The notes under the pieces are model-generated. The model had not been told where the DNA came from and made no database searches. It saw only the letters and a list, made by a program, of their open reading frames with translations. 64,000 bases of DNA from Myxococcota bacterium (GTDB lineage Bacteria > Myxococcota_A > SURF-8). Below, in pieces: positions 63,739-64,000 of this stretch. The position numbers were made by a program, and so were the translations under genes. Where the stretch lies: the NCBI GenBank assembly GCA_965140415.1, contig OZ223209.1:4576001-4640000 (forward strand). The letters run 5' to 3'. Position 1 is the stretch's first letter; each line of letters begins with the position of its first letter.

Positions 63739-64000
63739 TCTGGTCGCTTCTCCTTGCGTATTTGATATGGCAGCAGTCTCTAAACTGCACAGAAATTAAA
63801 GCTGCCATAGATATACAGACGTTCTAAAAGCATTATGGGAGATAAGGTATCATGTTGCAATGATCAGTTAAAAATATTTATTGGAAGAAAGTCTTCCGAT
63901 CCTTTAAACATAAATCACGGAAAAATCGCCAAGCGTCGTGACCAGGTTTTTGTGATTGACTTCAGTAAAGCGGGTCTGCGAAGCGAGTATAAGGGGGAAG

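Overview
A gene-dense, moderately GC-rich bacterial chromosomal segment. The many secreted and lipoprotein genes, sigma54 promoters and Cys-rich surface proteins suggest a diderm of Myxococcota/Deltaproteobacteria type (inference). Housekeeping genes (queG, TrmH-family methyltransferase, pcrA/uvrD, truA, nhaA, ycjX-ycjF, MoxR-DUF58-transglutaminase trio) alternate with envelope modules. These include at least eight exported proteins sharing Asp-Gly-Asp (DGD) linkers, a GH5-porin-SSS uptake locus, and a lipoprotein-DUF1302-DUF1329-BNR-MMPL operon. There is also a CheX-CheY-VWA membrane protein operon with FliM/CheZ-like helices, a sigma54 activator with two CX8CX3C PAS domains facing a thiol-disulfide operon, and a sigma54-driven FN3/CFI-box protein plus beta-barrel pair. 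Mobile and accessory elements are a complete IS5-family element, an amber-interrupted RAYT with flanking inverted repeats, dispersed GTAG REP palindromes, a MITE-like or structured intergenic element, and a solitary AbiJ/Abi_C defence gene. I saw no rRNA, tRNA, CRISPR array or reverse transcriptase. All family calls come from motif recognition by eye, not database searches.
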